A stretch of DNA of 64,000 nt from Podarcis tiliguerta (lineage: Eukaryota). Below the pieces are notes generated by a model. That model searched no databases and was not told the origin of the DNA. It worked only from the letters and a program-made list of their open reading frames with translations. The position numbers and the translations under genes are program-made. Shown here in pieces: positions 38,662 to 52,108 of this stretch (positions within the stretch are counted from its first letter, which is position 1; every line of letters begins with the position of its first letter). The stretch lies in the NCBI GenBank assembly GCA_965153285.1, contig OZ229110.1. One strand, written 5' to 3'.

Positions 38662-39571
38662 CCCCCAGCCAATTTCAGGGGGTGAGGAGGAAGGAGATAG
38701 GGTAAGGACCCACTGTGCAAGTGGGAAGTCCTTTTTTAGGGTTTCAGCTGATGGGGCTTGAAAGGTGAATCCCTTAGTTCTTCTTAGGCAAACACCAAAA
38801 GCAGCATCACTATGATTAGCTAATCAAAAAAGCACATTCCAATGTGTGGCCATGGCCTTTTTTGCATTTAATATTATTAGCACACAGCTCTGTATTAGAA
38901 ATGGGGAACATTTCTGATTCTGTTCAAAGGTCTGCTTCAGGAAGAACATCCACCTGCTGAACTGTTCAGATCTTAAGCAGCCCTGAGGTATCTTTGCATT
39001 GCAGAATTAGTCATTTTTGAATTGCATGTAAAGATTTAAAGGAGCCTGCAACCAAAACATACAGCTAACATAGATTTCCCATATCAATGACATAAATTAT
39101 CACTACGTCAAGGTTACTTGATTAGGTAAGAAAATGTCATATCCTTGGGATAACTTATGCACTTCCCTCAAACACAGTGAATTGTTACAGTTATCAAAAT
39201 ATATACAGAAAGAAGATTATATCCATCAGGAGCAAAAGACTCTGGTAAACCACTGTCTGATTTCCAGTCTCTGCCTCCTAATGCTGCTCTTTTAACTGCT
39301 TATGCTACCCAGAACTTCTATTCTGACCTCATTTGCATGGCACACCTAGCCAAACTGTGGCTTACTGTGAACTCCCCACTATCTGCTGCTGAACTGCTGG
39401 AACCTAAGGAGAATCCAGGCCCATGGCTTGGTTCACCCAAACAAACCATGAGTCGTAAGCAAATAACAAATCTTGGTTGTAAACTCATGGTTTGTTTGGA
39501 GTGAGACAAATTACAAGCCTGGATTTGGCGAAGACAAACCGTGGCGTACCGCCCAGTAAGTGCCATGTTAG

Positions 39572-39712
39572 ATGGCTGGCTCAGTTGGTGATACACTTAA
39601 TCTCAAGGTCATGGCACTGAGCCCCATGTTAGCCCAAGACATCCCTGTATTGCAGAGGATTGGACTACCCGGCCTTAGTAGTCCCTTCCCAATTCTACAT
39701 TTCTATGATTTC
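39572..39712 (+). mobile_element. Decayed tRNA/CR1-tail SINE
   Basis: ggctcagttgg head; cccttcccaattctacatttctatgatt tail. Confidence 0.6.
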
Positions 39713-39793
39713 ACTGCTGAATCCTAATGACTTTACAACACTTCATTCACAAAACATTCACAAGGCAAAAAAAAGAGGAACCTATTTCTATTT

Positions 39794-39930
39794 CAGGCTT
39801 TCCCAAACATGGTCTTCCAGCTGGTTTGGGACTACAATTCCCATCATCCCTCTCCACTGATCCTGCTAGCTAGGGATGATGGGAGTTGTAGTCCGAAAAA
39901 CAGCTGGAGACCTGAGTTTGGGAAGCCCTA
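39794..39930. mobile_element. Short palindromic hAT MITE
   Basis: Hairpin core gactacaattcccatcatccct / agggatgatgggagttgtagtc; TSD ttctattt / ctctattt. Confidence 0.85.
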
Positions 39931-42770
39931 CTCTATTTATAATGTAATTCATTCAAAACATAATACTGCTGCATTGCTCCCTTCCCAAACAAAATCTACA
40001 GAAGCACCACTGACATGAGGGGGGAAATTGCACAACAGCAGACTGCAGTAAAACAGCCCACTCTAGTTATTGCTGAGATTTTCCCAAAAAAATAAGTAAT
40101 TTTATCTATCCTGATCGTTAGGTTAATGCACAGCCTGCTATATAAGTAATGCACAGCCTACTGTGTAAATAAGAATCACTATTTTTAGTTTTTATTTTGT
40201 ACAGCCTTAATTATTTAACTTTAGCTTTGCTTTGTTTTTACCTTAAAATGTCCAACTGTATAATCAGCAACCGTTGCACAGGATCCATTTAGAAAAAGAT
40301 GTTAAGGGACATGTGGCTAATGAGTATATTTTTAAAAAAAATTCAGTTCAACTGTTAACATGCGCAAGGTGGAAAGCCATGTGTATGCTCTGAACCACAA
40401 AACATATTGTCCCAAGCACATCCAGCCCCTATGAGGACAAGTGATGGGAAGTTTAATTCTTTATTGGCAGAGCCTCACTGACAACAGCTCCAAAGATACA
40501 AGAGATACAGACACCACTTCTGATAATTAGCTTCTAGGCATCTACCTCCTTCAGAATTATGCTCAGACCTGGACAGGTGGAGCAACAATGTGACCACACC
40601 CCTTGCAGCCCACTTAGACCCCTTGTCTGAAACGGAGCGTGCAAACAACCGGCAAGCTAGGAAGAGATAACTGTCTTATGCCATTATCAGACCAGTGGTC
40701 CACCTAGCTTAGCATTATCTCTACTAAATGGTATGATGCTAGACCACAGAACATTCCACATTTCCATTCAAGAATGTTGTGCTTAACAGAGGAGACTCAG
40801 GAGATCAAGGTTTTCTTCTTGTGCATTTGACACCCTTCTTTGATCTTGAGCTGAATGCCTGCATGTGTGTCCAATACTTCTGCTCCTTCAGATTCACTGG
40901 GCATACCCTTACTAAAATGCTTTAAAAGAGCCCTCCTGAAGCTGCTGTTCTCCAGATGTTGCTGGACTCAAACTCCCATCTCAACCAACTAGGCAGCACG
41001 GCCAATGGTCAGGGATTATGGGCATTGGGGTTCAACAACATAAGGTGGACACCAGGTTGTGAAAGGCAACTGTGAAAGGATAATCAAAGTGGTGTGGGCA
41101 CAGCTGATCAGTTCCAATAATTTTATTAACTATGCACACAAGAGAGTTAATTTGGATGACCTGCCAAGGCTTCTCAGTGCTAGGGGAGGCACATGCAAAG
41201 AGAAAGAACAATAAAGGATATGTCCCCATTTTTATTGATAAAAATAAATGGGGGGGAGAAGATTTCATTTCACACACTCCCCAATGCCATTTTATACTCA
41301 GGACACAGGCTAGTTCCTACCACCATCGCATCTCAAAGTACCCAAGATTTAGTTACAAATGTGTTGTCGGTAACGAACAATTATCCCCAGCACTAGGCAA
41401 TTCACACTAAAGAGAGAGCCTGTGGGCACTTATTGACTGGCTTCATTGTGTAAATGACCATAAATCCAACCCAAACAGCATTATTAACTTTTAACATCAA
41501 TTTGTGGTGGGTTTGCAGCCTAAGTGGAGATTCTCCTACAAATTGGAAGCAATTTTCTTGACTGTGCCTCCCCCATTACCACTTGAAAGCACCTCCACTG
41601 GTGTAAAGTTTGCACTGTGCAGTGCTGGCTGATGGAAGCAGAAAGCCAGTGTCAAGGGAGAAAGTGCAAATAGTTCAGGGATTAGGAATACCTCCTTCAG
41701 CATGCTTGGGCAAAAACAACAACAAGGAATGGGGAGTGGGGGAGAGAAGAAAGACTCATCTACTACAGAGAACTCCATCCTACTTTATATTAGCTGCAAA
41801 GGTAGGTCAAAAAGTGTCACCGATAGAACAAGGAGGAGAAAAACTGGAAACATATGTATTATCCTGACAGTAATGAAAAATCAAATGCAATTCAATTTAA
41901 TCACATGACATGGTGCATCCTCTGTTGCCTTGATTTGAAGCAAGCACCAAAGGACCTCTTCCCAATGTAGAAATGAGAGCGGACAGCAATTCACCTTATT
42001 TGCAGGTCTTTGGGACAAAGGCAGCCTCCATCCCACTGTAGTCAATATGGTCTGGTTGCAATGCATCTCTGTCCCCCATCACTTAGCTGCTATGGGCTGG
42101 AACCTGGGGCCACCATGCATGCTCTGCTATGGACCTATTAACCTCTACCTAGCTGTTGCAATAAGAAGCACAGACCAGCTGCTAAACTTGCATATAGCTC
42201 CCTCTACAATACAGTCTCACCCCCCCAAAAAAATCCTACTTGCAAACAGTGATCATTAAAACATTTGGATGGGTTAGCAAACTGCATACGTAAACCACTT
42301 TTTTAAAAAGGTGAGGGAGGGGGAGAAACAGCGATGAACATTTGTGCCTACAGTAATAAGGAAACTCAATCCGCCCCAGCAGTTTTTGTTATTGAATGGT
42401 AACAGATTGTAGCCACTAACAGAACTGGAGGAGTGAGAAAATTCTGAAGGAAAAAACAAAAACAAAGATGGTTGAGGCCAAGCCTGATTTTACTATGAAG
42501 TGTGCAGCTTCGCCTCCTAATTTCCTTTAATGTCCGCTGGATATCAGCTCTTCCAAAAGAAAAAAAGGAAATTCACCCTCACCCACACAACGCTACCAAA
42601 GAAGGCACCCGCACACCGCAACTGTAGCCAGAGCAGGAATGGCCTTTTTCAGAGAGGTTACAGCTGAGAAGGGAAAATATAAACTTCCCCACCCTGTGTA
42701 TTGTGAACCCTTCCAAAAAGAAAGAAAGAAATCAGATTCCCCCACCTCCCTGGGCACCCTTTAGAAGTTC

Positions 42771-42945
42771 CAGTGGTGTCCAAACTTTTTCCCAAAGAGG
42801 GCCAGAAGTGAAGGGCCGTGGAGGCCAACCAAAGTTGTAGAGCTTTTTTTAGGAGTTTACCCCAGGAAATAAACTGCCACAGGGGCTGGATTAAACCAAC
42901 CGGCGGGCCGGATTAGGCCCCCAAAACGGACTTTGGACATGCCTG
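42771..42945 (+). mobile_element. hAT-type MITE
   Basis: TIRs cagtggtgtccaaa / tttggacatgcctg; homologous to 14114-14347. Confidence 0.75.
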
Positions 42946-44611
42946 AAAGGAAGTCAGGAAGCACATCTGCATGCTATGCAGTTAGGATAATGTGTAGGTT
43001 GGCACCTCAGCAGGATGAGGAATTCCATGGAGAAACCTGAGAATTATGCCATTTATTTTAGAATCAGATATGTTCCTAGTCCTCATGGACGGAAAATCTG
43101 GGTGGCTGTGTTTATTTATTTATGTATTTATTAATCAATTTATATCCTCCTCCTAAAGGAGGACGAAGGATACAGAAACAACCGTCTTTGAAGATTCACT
43201 AGACTAGAGCTAAACACAACCCACAATATTTTTCTCAACTTCTTGACCTAAAACGTAACACACAGAGTGGATTCAACCACATACTTCATTTTTAAAAAAT
43301 TAAACGTGCATTTATTTCTTTATTACCTTTATCTACCACCTTTCTGCCAAGCTGCCCAAGGTAGCTTACAGTTTCAAAGCACTACAATAAATTATAAAAC
43401 ATGCAAAGTCATAAAGTTTAAAAGGTTATGAATTAACCACATGGCTTCTCAAAGGATGTAGAGCCTTCAAAGTATAGTAAAACAATTTAAGTAGTGTTAA
43501 ATATTAACAGCGTTGATGCAGAATGGCATTATGTTCATTTGAAAAAAAACCCAGCTTGTACATTTTGCTGTTCTTGAAGTATAATATTTATTTCAGGGTA
43601 CTAATTCAGGATTTCACATGATTGGGGGGAAGGATGCACAAATAGCTTTCAATGGTTACAAGTTAAATAAGTGCGTATCAACAAATACAAATTAAAAAAT
43701 AATTCCAGCGTGTTTTTAATTTCAGTGTGTGACATGGATTGTTACTTATATTTGGAGCAGAGATACTTCAGCGAGTCTGCTCTGAATATCACCTGATGTG
43801 CGAGAACTACCTGCAAGGCTTTGCCCAATAGGACACAGTATTTTGCAGGAAATTGCTTTAGCTTCTAAAGTCCTACAATGTAAAGTCAAACTTTACATCA
43901 AAATGGAAGGTGCAGAATAATACGTCAATTAAAAATAACTAAATAAAGAACAGGAGGGCTTCCAATTTGATTGGAATCACAGGAGAACGAAAGGTCTGTT
44001 TCATCCTTTCCCTTCCGACCACCAGGAACATATATATACCCCAGTTATAATTCTACCTATTAATGAAATATGTCTTTCCCACGCTTAGGCCCTTGTGGTT
44101 CAGCCTGAGCTGCAGTATCTGAATGAAATAACTGGTCCTCAAAATCAGAAGGCTGTAGTTTTATTCCAGGGTTCTGCCAAAACACATACATTCCAAAAGA
44201 AATGATTCTGTGACGTATGGATTAATCTTTCCTAGCATTGGCATCATAAAGTCATCCTTTGCATCGGGGTCTTTTTATAAGAAAATCCAGCGTATTACTT
44301 TCTTCTAGGCTACTGCGAGCTTACTGAAGGCAGAAGCAAATGACACATGCAGCTTGACAGAATGGGTTCATACCTTCATCAGTAAAGTCCCAATAAATTA
44401 AGCCAATTATCTGGTATGGAAATATGCTACCAAAATATTCATATACACACACACAACATCTTATGTATTTGAACATTATTTCGGTGCTTCATGCATATAT
44501 TACCAAGTCATTTACAGCTGTGGTCCACAAGCAAACACAAAGTTCTGCAGTTTTTATTTCAGGTGCTGTAAAAATCAGAAATAGACCATCTGGTGCCTTC
44601 TGGATGTTTGA

Positions 44612-44760
44612 TGATAGAATCATAGAACTGTAAGAGTTGGAAGGATGTCTCCTGAGGATCATCTAGCCCTGCAATGCAAGAATATGCAGCTGCCTCACAC
44701 GGGGTTTGAACCTGCAACCTTGGCATTATCAGCACCACACTCTAACCAAGTGAGCTATGC
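44612..44760 (-). mobile_element. tRNA-head SINE with CR1-like (ATTCTATG) tail
   Basis: Minus strand has atagctcacttggttagag, the B box ggttcaaacccc, and an ending ttctatgattctat. Confidence 0.7.
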
Positions 44761-45391
44761 AGGTTGTTGAACTATGGCTCTTATCAAGCATGGCCTATGA
44801 GTCAGGGATGATGGAAACTGGAGTCCCAACAATGGGGGCAGGGGGAAACACCACATTGGTTATCCCTACAAATGTCCATGAGAATTAGGGTAAGAAGCTT
44901 ATTGATGCAAGGTTTAGAACACTGCCTAGAGAAATTAGGACTGTTTCATTTTCCTAAAATAAATTAGAAAATACTGTTGGAAGCCAAAAGGCTGTGTGTG
45001 TGTTGTTTGCTTTGGATCTCCTTAGCATGAGGGGCTCACCTCAATGGATGGAACTGATATGACTTGTGGATTCATAAGACCATTGCTGGCAAGGCCAGGT
45101 CCCATAAGCTAGCAAGGCTGCAGATAACCAAGAAGCAGAGGTGCTGAGCCAAGCTGGGGTTTGTAGGGCAGGCAGGAGGCCAAGTCCAACAACACTGTTC
45201 TTGTAAATTGGGGTGGGGGACCTGTAACACTCTGGGTGTCACTGGGGTACAACTCCCATTACCCCTGACTATTGGCGATACTGCCTGGGGCTGGTGGGGA
45301 TGTAAGTCCAACAGCTTCCCCCCACCCCCATCCTGCTCTAGAGGAAGGACAGTCCAGGAACAGGTCAGGAAACAAACCAGGTGGCACATAT

Positions 45392-45527
45392 GGCCTTAAT
45401 GGATAGCTCAGTTGGTAGAGCATGAGGCTTTAAGGCTTTGGGGTTTAAGCCCCACACTGGGCGATAGATTCCTGCATGGCAGGGAGTTGAACAAGATGAC
45501 CCCCCTTTCAACTCTACAATTCTATGG
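45392..45527 (+). mobile_element. tRNA-head SINE with CR1-like 3' tail
   Basis: tagctcagttggtagagc A-box head; tail tttcaactctacaattctatg resembles a CR1 3' end. Confidence 0.7.
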
Positions 45528-45703
45528 TCTGTTGTAACAGTGCTCTCCTGCTTCCTGACGCTACTGTGGCAAGGCTATGGAACACCAGCAGATGCAGTTG
45601 ATGGCTTGCAATTCTGGTAGGTTGGCAATTGCAAGCGGTAGTCCAGCATCAGCACCTGGGACAGCACACTGTGGGAGCTGGGAAGCAAGACTTAGTCTTA
45701 GGC

Positions 45704-45804
45704 CAGCCTTTCTCAACCTGTGGGTTCCCAGATGTTGTTGAGCTCAGGGATGATGGGAGTTGTAGTCCAACAACATCTGGGGACCCACAGGTTGAGAACT
45801 GCTG
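45704..45804. mobile_element. Short palindromic hAT MITE
   Basis: Long TIRs (ttctcaacctgtggg / cccacaggttgagaa); TSD tcttaggc on both sides. Confidence 0.88.
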
Positions 45805-47775
45805 TCTTAGGCCTCCCAAATTGGGCTTAGATCAAGTTGCCTGGGTTATCACTTCTTTCCTAGCCTGAATCCTACTGAGAACGTGTGGGAAGGTGCAGGT
45901 TTTGCACCCAACTCCCTGGAGTAAAACAGTCCCTCTTCCTAACACACCTAACACACCACATCAACAACCACCATGATGGTGTAAACTGTTGGAAAGGAGG
46001 CAATGGAGCAGCCTACAAGCAAACAGGGGGCTGCCTTGTGGCTCCCCTGAACATGTTGCCCAGACGGAAAGAGAGCAGAAGATGAAATAGGTAAAAAAAT
46101 ACCCATAGGCCAATATGGGAGAGGCTGTGGATCCCACTTTCCTTTTCAACCATCAGCTAACTTGTTTCCTGCTGCTCCTTTCTGAAGCTAAGCACAACAT
46201 ATTACCATCCTAGTTGGGGTTTTGTCTTTTTTTGGTAAGTGGTGGACACACACATCATAAACTACAAAATAACAATAAAAACGTGCTGTTCTACATCCTC
46301 TTAAACCACACACAGAGTAAATCATTTGCACACAGCTAAAGGGTAAAGGGATGTTTCGTGTTAGAATGACCACAAAAACATGAGCCAATGATCAAATCAT
46401 GTCAGCGGCAGCTCATCAGGAAGCAATCCCTTCTGCAGCCTCCGCCATGGCAGCTCTGCTTCTGACCATGTGTCCTCCATAAACATGAAATGCTATCAAA
46501 GACTCAGAAAAAAGACCATCCTGCTGGAAGCACTGCGGCTTCACTCTTTCCTCCTTTGGGGAAGGGCTCATGCCTCATTGGAAGGGGATGATGCTTCGCA
46601 CTCAAAAAGTCCCATCCTCAATCCATGTCATCTCCAAGTATGGCTGGGAGAGACCCTTGCTTGAAAAAGCCTACAGAGCAATGGTCTGACTCAATACAAG
46701 ATGGCTACAAGGTTTATCGTTTGGGGACCGAGACATAACTTTATTTGTGCACACACACCAGAGAGAGTGAGGGCTAATTCAGACATTCCTTTTCCCCCAA
46801 CTCTCAGCTTGAAAATGTAAACAGGGGATGGAGGATACACAGTACATGAAACCCAGAATGTCCTATGATGCTTGGGGATTCTGGCTGCACATATGATTAA
46901 GAATTGCCCATGTGCAATTTGCAGTATTACGCATGGAAGGGCATGCAGCCAGACCTTTGACAGCATGCATGAACTGGGTGTTTCCACACACACACCATAA
47001 CTATGCCTGCTTCATAGTTTTAACACTCAAGTATGGAAAACTGGAAGTCTAAGCAGTCCTTAGTTAAAACATTTTATACTAAAATCAATGTGGCTCACAT
47101 GCTTAACAGCGTTCTTCAATGTATCGCTGATTGTGCCTAATGTCTCAGAAAGGAAGGCGAAATTGTTACCCTCCAACCTGTATGGTTGGTAGGCATTACT
47201 TAACTTTATGGGTTGAATGTAACACATGCCTGATGCAGAGCCACCACTTTTCGTATATTTATTTCTGACGCACAGGACATGTTGTAATCTATGAGGACAA
47301 ACCACACTGTTAAGTGTACAGACCTCACCGATTTCAATGAGATAAAGTCTGGCCAAGACTTTGCTCAACCCAGATGCAGACTAAACATATCTCATTGCAC
47401 ATTCCTTAGGTGTATCAGCCCTATTCAGGCATCCAGGATCTCAAAACCTAAAACTTCATTTGGGATGAACACATGTGAGATTAAAGTGGTGAGCAGAGAA
47501 GAACGAAAGACAGAACTCTGCCCCCAACATCCCAGCATGCAGGGGTGGCTGCTGCCCATTGCGACTGGTAGGGAGGATGGCAGGGAGACCAACAGGAAGT
47601 GAAGCCAAAGTCAATGACAGGCAAAGCCACCTAATACTAGTTTCATCCCCATGCTTCTCCTCCCTGCAGAGTTCTATAAGGGCAACACTGAGTCTTAGGA
47701 AGGGGATGCTGGCATGCAGTGTCACTCCCTGGATTTGTTGTTAGTCTAGAAGACGGGCAGAGGGGCTGGTTGAGA

Positions 47776-48131
47776 GGGTAACGGTAAAGGGACCCCTGAC
47801 CATTAGGTCCAGTCGTGACCGACTCTGGGGTTGTGGCGCTCATCTCGCTTTATTGGCCGAGGGAGCCGGCGTACAGCTTCCGGGTCATGTGGCCAGCATG
47901 ACTAAGCCGCTTCTGGCAAACCAGAGCAGTGCACAGAAACGCCATTTACCTTCCCGCTGAAGCGGTACCTATTTATCTACTTGCACTTTGATGTGCTTTC
48001 GAACTGCTAGGTTGGCAGGAGCAGGGACCGAGCAACAGGGGCTCACTCCGTCTCAGGGATTTGAACCGCTGACCTTCTGATCGGCAAGTCCTAGGCTCTG
48101 TGGTTTAACCCACAGCGCCACCTGCGTCCCT
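47776..48131 (-). mobile_element. Sauria SINE, full length
   Basis: Aligns with the other copies; TSD gctggttgag at 47765-47774 and 48132-48141. Confidence 0.95.
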
Positions 48132-50834
48132 GCTGGTTGAGGGGAGACCTAGGTTAATGGGGCAGTGCCCCATTTGCCCTAACAGACCAGCATGTACAGC
48201 CTCCTTTCCTGCACCCAGTTGGGGAGAACGTGCCTAGACGCATCCCCATTCTGCTTAAGAATTCTGCTTAACCCCCATTCTCTACCTTCAGACCATCTCT
48301 CTCAACATGCAAGGATCATAAGAGGACCTGACGCAAAAGTGACACTGGGAAGTGGGCTCACATGTGTGCCCCTCCCCACCACATGTCTACATGCATTTGT
48401 CCAGATGCATGAACAGGTCTGCTGTATTCAGCAATTAATTTCTAAAATGATATGTCAGGTTTTGAGGCTCACACATGCCTGGAAGGCACACTCTCTGAAA
48501 TAGAAGCTCTCGTTCTAGATGCCTGGAGCTAACTGAGGACATTTGGTGGTGGTGAAATACCACTCTGCAGATTCTCTTCTTGATATGACTTTCCATGATC
48601 TAGGGGTGAAGACATGTTCCAGAGCTAAGCCCCTCATGAAATCTGGCTGAAATGAAGTCCCACATGCACTCCTTGGTTTAATAGCCACTCTTGAGGGTGG
48701 CAATACACAGGTGCCCAATATCAAAACATATTAAAAAGAAGTCTTAATATGGCTAAGAGGATAAAATAACCAGATCAAAAGAGCTCATCAAAGTAAAACT
48801 AGTGTACAAAAGCTAGCCAAATTAAACATTTGGAATTTGACAATAAAAATAACTCAATAATTTAAAAGAACAAAACAAAAAGAACAGAACAGAACTAGGA
48901 TAGACCTCAGCTACCAATTTGCACCCATTTGTCAAATGAAATAAAGATTTTGGAGCAGTTGGCATCTTCCACTGGCTGCTTAGAAATTCTGTAACGATAA
49001 AAAGAAGAAAGCAGGATTGTGCTGCTGCTACTTTCTGGCTTCAAACACATCTTAAATGAGCCAGAAACAAAGAGGCATTCTGCAGGCGTCATTAACAGGG
49101 GAATATGCAGGCAACATCTCTTGGAAAAGGGTGCATTAATGCTCACTCCGAGATACAAATATGGAAAGCGAAAGATCAACGCAAGTTGAATTGGTGAATC
49201 TGGGGTAGTACTATCATTGGCTTTCACTTTAGGTCCTCCAGCCTTTCTTGCCAACACAACCAGAGCTTTGACATTTCAATCATAACACGAATGAATTAAG
49301 CTGCTGGATGGCTTCATGGTTATTCAACATTCTAAAGCTCACCCACAAAGCTGACATTGTCTAAGGAGAGTTCTGCTGGGAAAATCCAGATCAACCCAAC
49401 CATTTTAGCAAGGGAATGCACTTCTTAATTCATGTTAACAGGCCAACCAACAAGCTGGCAGCAGTGGCATTTGACTTTCACATTGAACTTCTGTCCTATC
49501 CCCACCACCCCAGTTCCTATGAATCTATTTCCTTGGGATGCAACACATGTAAATGCTGTACTGGTTTGTCTGTATTGGTTTGTCGATGTCCACATGGAGC
49601 AGGAGTTGCACAGGACAAGCAGAAGCCCTCAGATCAAGAGGTGGGCTAGAGTCCTTGTGCTGGCTCAAACCAAAGGCCAGAATCCTGTTCACACAGTGGC
49701 CAATCACACAGACTGATTACACAATGCTTCTATTCAATAACAAGACCTATCTCTAGATATATGCACCGTGCGAAACCAATGTGTCCCAAGACACAAACAG
49801 GGAGGTCTCTTGCACAGGACAGCAATGCTATGGAATGTGTGCGCATAGATCAGTTCCTACTGCCGATCATCACTTGCACAGATTCTGTAGCATCACCTTG
49901 CTGGAGATGCCCCAGGTAGAATGAAGAAGGGTTATCTGTTATCAGTAAGGCGGTTGCGAGAGGTGTGGGTTAGAGAAATGAATCTGGGGCAAGGAAGCTG
50001 ATAAACTGTTTTGGTGTATCAGTGCTTCCACAAGCAGGCTTATTCGTGTGATGATCTGAGCGAGTCTAATCAGAAATAATCAAAACAGGTATCAGCTTTA
50101 ATTGGAGAATCCACTGCCCTCCTCCATTAATTTCATCACAGAAAAGACAGTTGTATTATTTCAGCACCGCATTCACTACTGATTTTATTATATTGTGATT
50201 AATTTCTGCACTCACCATAAACATGCATTCTTGCCGACCTCTATGTGTGTGTTTGCACCATGATGTGTGAACACTATTGTGGAATTTATTCAGCCATAAG
50301 TAGCTTCATCTCCTATTGTTCAAAACAACAGGGGCCCTACCACTAACTCCCTGGAGTTTTCTCTTTGAAAACATCTCTACCTACATTCAACCAAAACAGG
50401 TGCAATTCCAGTGTAGGGGTCAGCTCCCCTTGCACTTAAATCAGCCCCAGATATCCAAAGTCAAACTGCTTTTTTTTTAAGTCCTCAGTATTTCCAAAAG
50501 TGGAAAATGGATACAATATACTTCTCCCCACACCCTCCTCCAGTCCTCCTTCTGCTGTGCTACATAGTGCTGGAGGGCTGGGCATTTTGTAACTATATAG
50601 CAAGAGGGAGAATGCAGTTCTACAAGCAGGAAACGGAGAAATGTGTCCTTTTCCCTTTCCTTGCATAGGTGGAGGCAGTGTGCCTCTGAACACTAGTTGC
50701 CTGAGAACACAAGTGTGGAGAGTGCTCTTGCACTTAACTCCTGCTTGTGGGCTTCCCACAGGCGTCTAGATGGCCACTGTGAGAACAGGATACTAGACTA
50801 GATTGCCTGTTTGGCCCCACCTGCCTTTAAAGAA

Positions 50835-51110
50835 GCTACACACCACTTTAAACAGCCACTGCTTCTCCCAAAGAATCCTGCGAAATGTTGTTTAGAAGTT
50901 GTCGAAAGACGACTATTCATCTCACAGAGCTACATCTCCCAGAGTTCCCTGGAAAGAGGATCATGAAACCATTCTAGGAACTGTAACTCTCCGGGGAAAA
51001 TAGGGGCGACCTAACAACTCTCAGCACCCTTAAACTACAGTTCCCAGATTGAGGGGGGCCATGGCTGTTTAAAGCGGTATCATAGTGCTTTAAATGGAGT
51101 GAATGTGGCC
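50835..51110. mobile_element. Palindromic MITE-like element
   Basis: Inverted arms ctttaaacagcca / tggctgtttaaag with nested ctacatctcccag / ggaactgtaact. Confidence 0.55.
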
Positions 51111-51167
51111 CACAACTGACACTGCAAATTTGCCCAGGTCTTTCCTTAAGACCCTTTCGGTCTAGGC

Positions 51168-51316
51168 TTAACAACAACAACAACTTATTATTTGTACCCC
51201 GCCCATCTGGCTGGGTCTCCCCAGCCACTCTGGGCAGCTTCCAACAAAGATTAAAAATACATTAAAATGTCACACATTAAAAACTTCCCTAAAGAGGGCT
51301 GCTGTCAGATGTCTTC
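51168..51316 (-). mobile_element. L2-clade LINE 3' end
   Basis: Reverse complement matches the 8517 and 31885 copies; (TTG)n tail. Confidence 0.75.
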
Positions 51317-51728
51317 AACTCTCAGCAGCATTGCGTACCTCCTGAAAGCTCACAGTTTCTATGTCAGCCAGTTGTGATCATTATTATTATTATTAAATTA
51401 GCATTTTTAAAATTTCTAATATTTTATTTATACCTTGGGAGTATGAAAAAGATCAGTTCTGTTTTTGGGTGGCCCTGTTTCACTTCCTAATGATGGACAA
51501 GCGCTCAGTCACCCAAGTTCACTATATTAGAAGGAATAATGCTATCGGGATGATCCAGATTTACAAAGGCATGGGTAACATTGATGAGGCAGGCAAAACT
51601 ACACAGCTGGAGAGATGTGTAAGTGGGAAAGCGTTCTAGATCATTCTATATCACAACGACTTTCTTCAGCACTCAGGAATTAATAAGCGAAGCCACCTCT
51701 GCATCAAGGCTTACATGATCTTCTAGTA

Positions 51729-52108
51729 CAGGGTCAGCAACATGCGGCCCATGGGTTGGATCTGGCCCACAAAGACCGTTTTACCAGCCCACGAGCCACC
51801 CCCGAACCGAGCTGCCCACTCCGCAAGTCCCCCGCGCACTGTACTAAACTGGCACAGCACGGTGTGGCACGGGGACTCGCCAAGCGGCACCAGAAATCAC
51901 ATCTGTGCACGCTCAGATACCGGAAATTGCTTCTGCACATGCCCAGATGCCAAAAATCACTTCTGCGCAGGCGTAATTTTCAGGGTCTGGGCATGCACAT
52001 AAGAGCTTTCTGGCACCCCGGACATGCGCAGACACAATTTCTGGCGTCATGCTGCGCCGGTCCAGCCCACAGACGATCTCCATAGCTGGTAAGCCTTGCC
52101 AACCCCTG
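51729..52108. mobile_element. hAT MITE with CpG-rich interior
   Basis: TIRs cagggtcagcaa / ttgccaacccctg; TSD ttctagta at 51721-51728 and 52109-52116. Confidence 0.88.
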
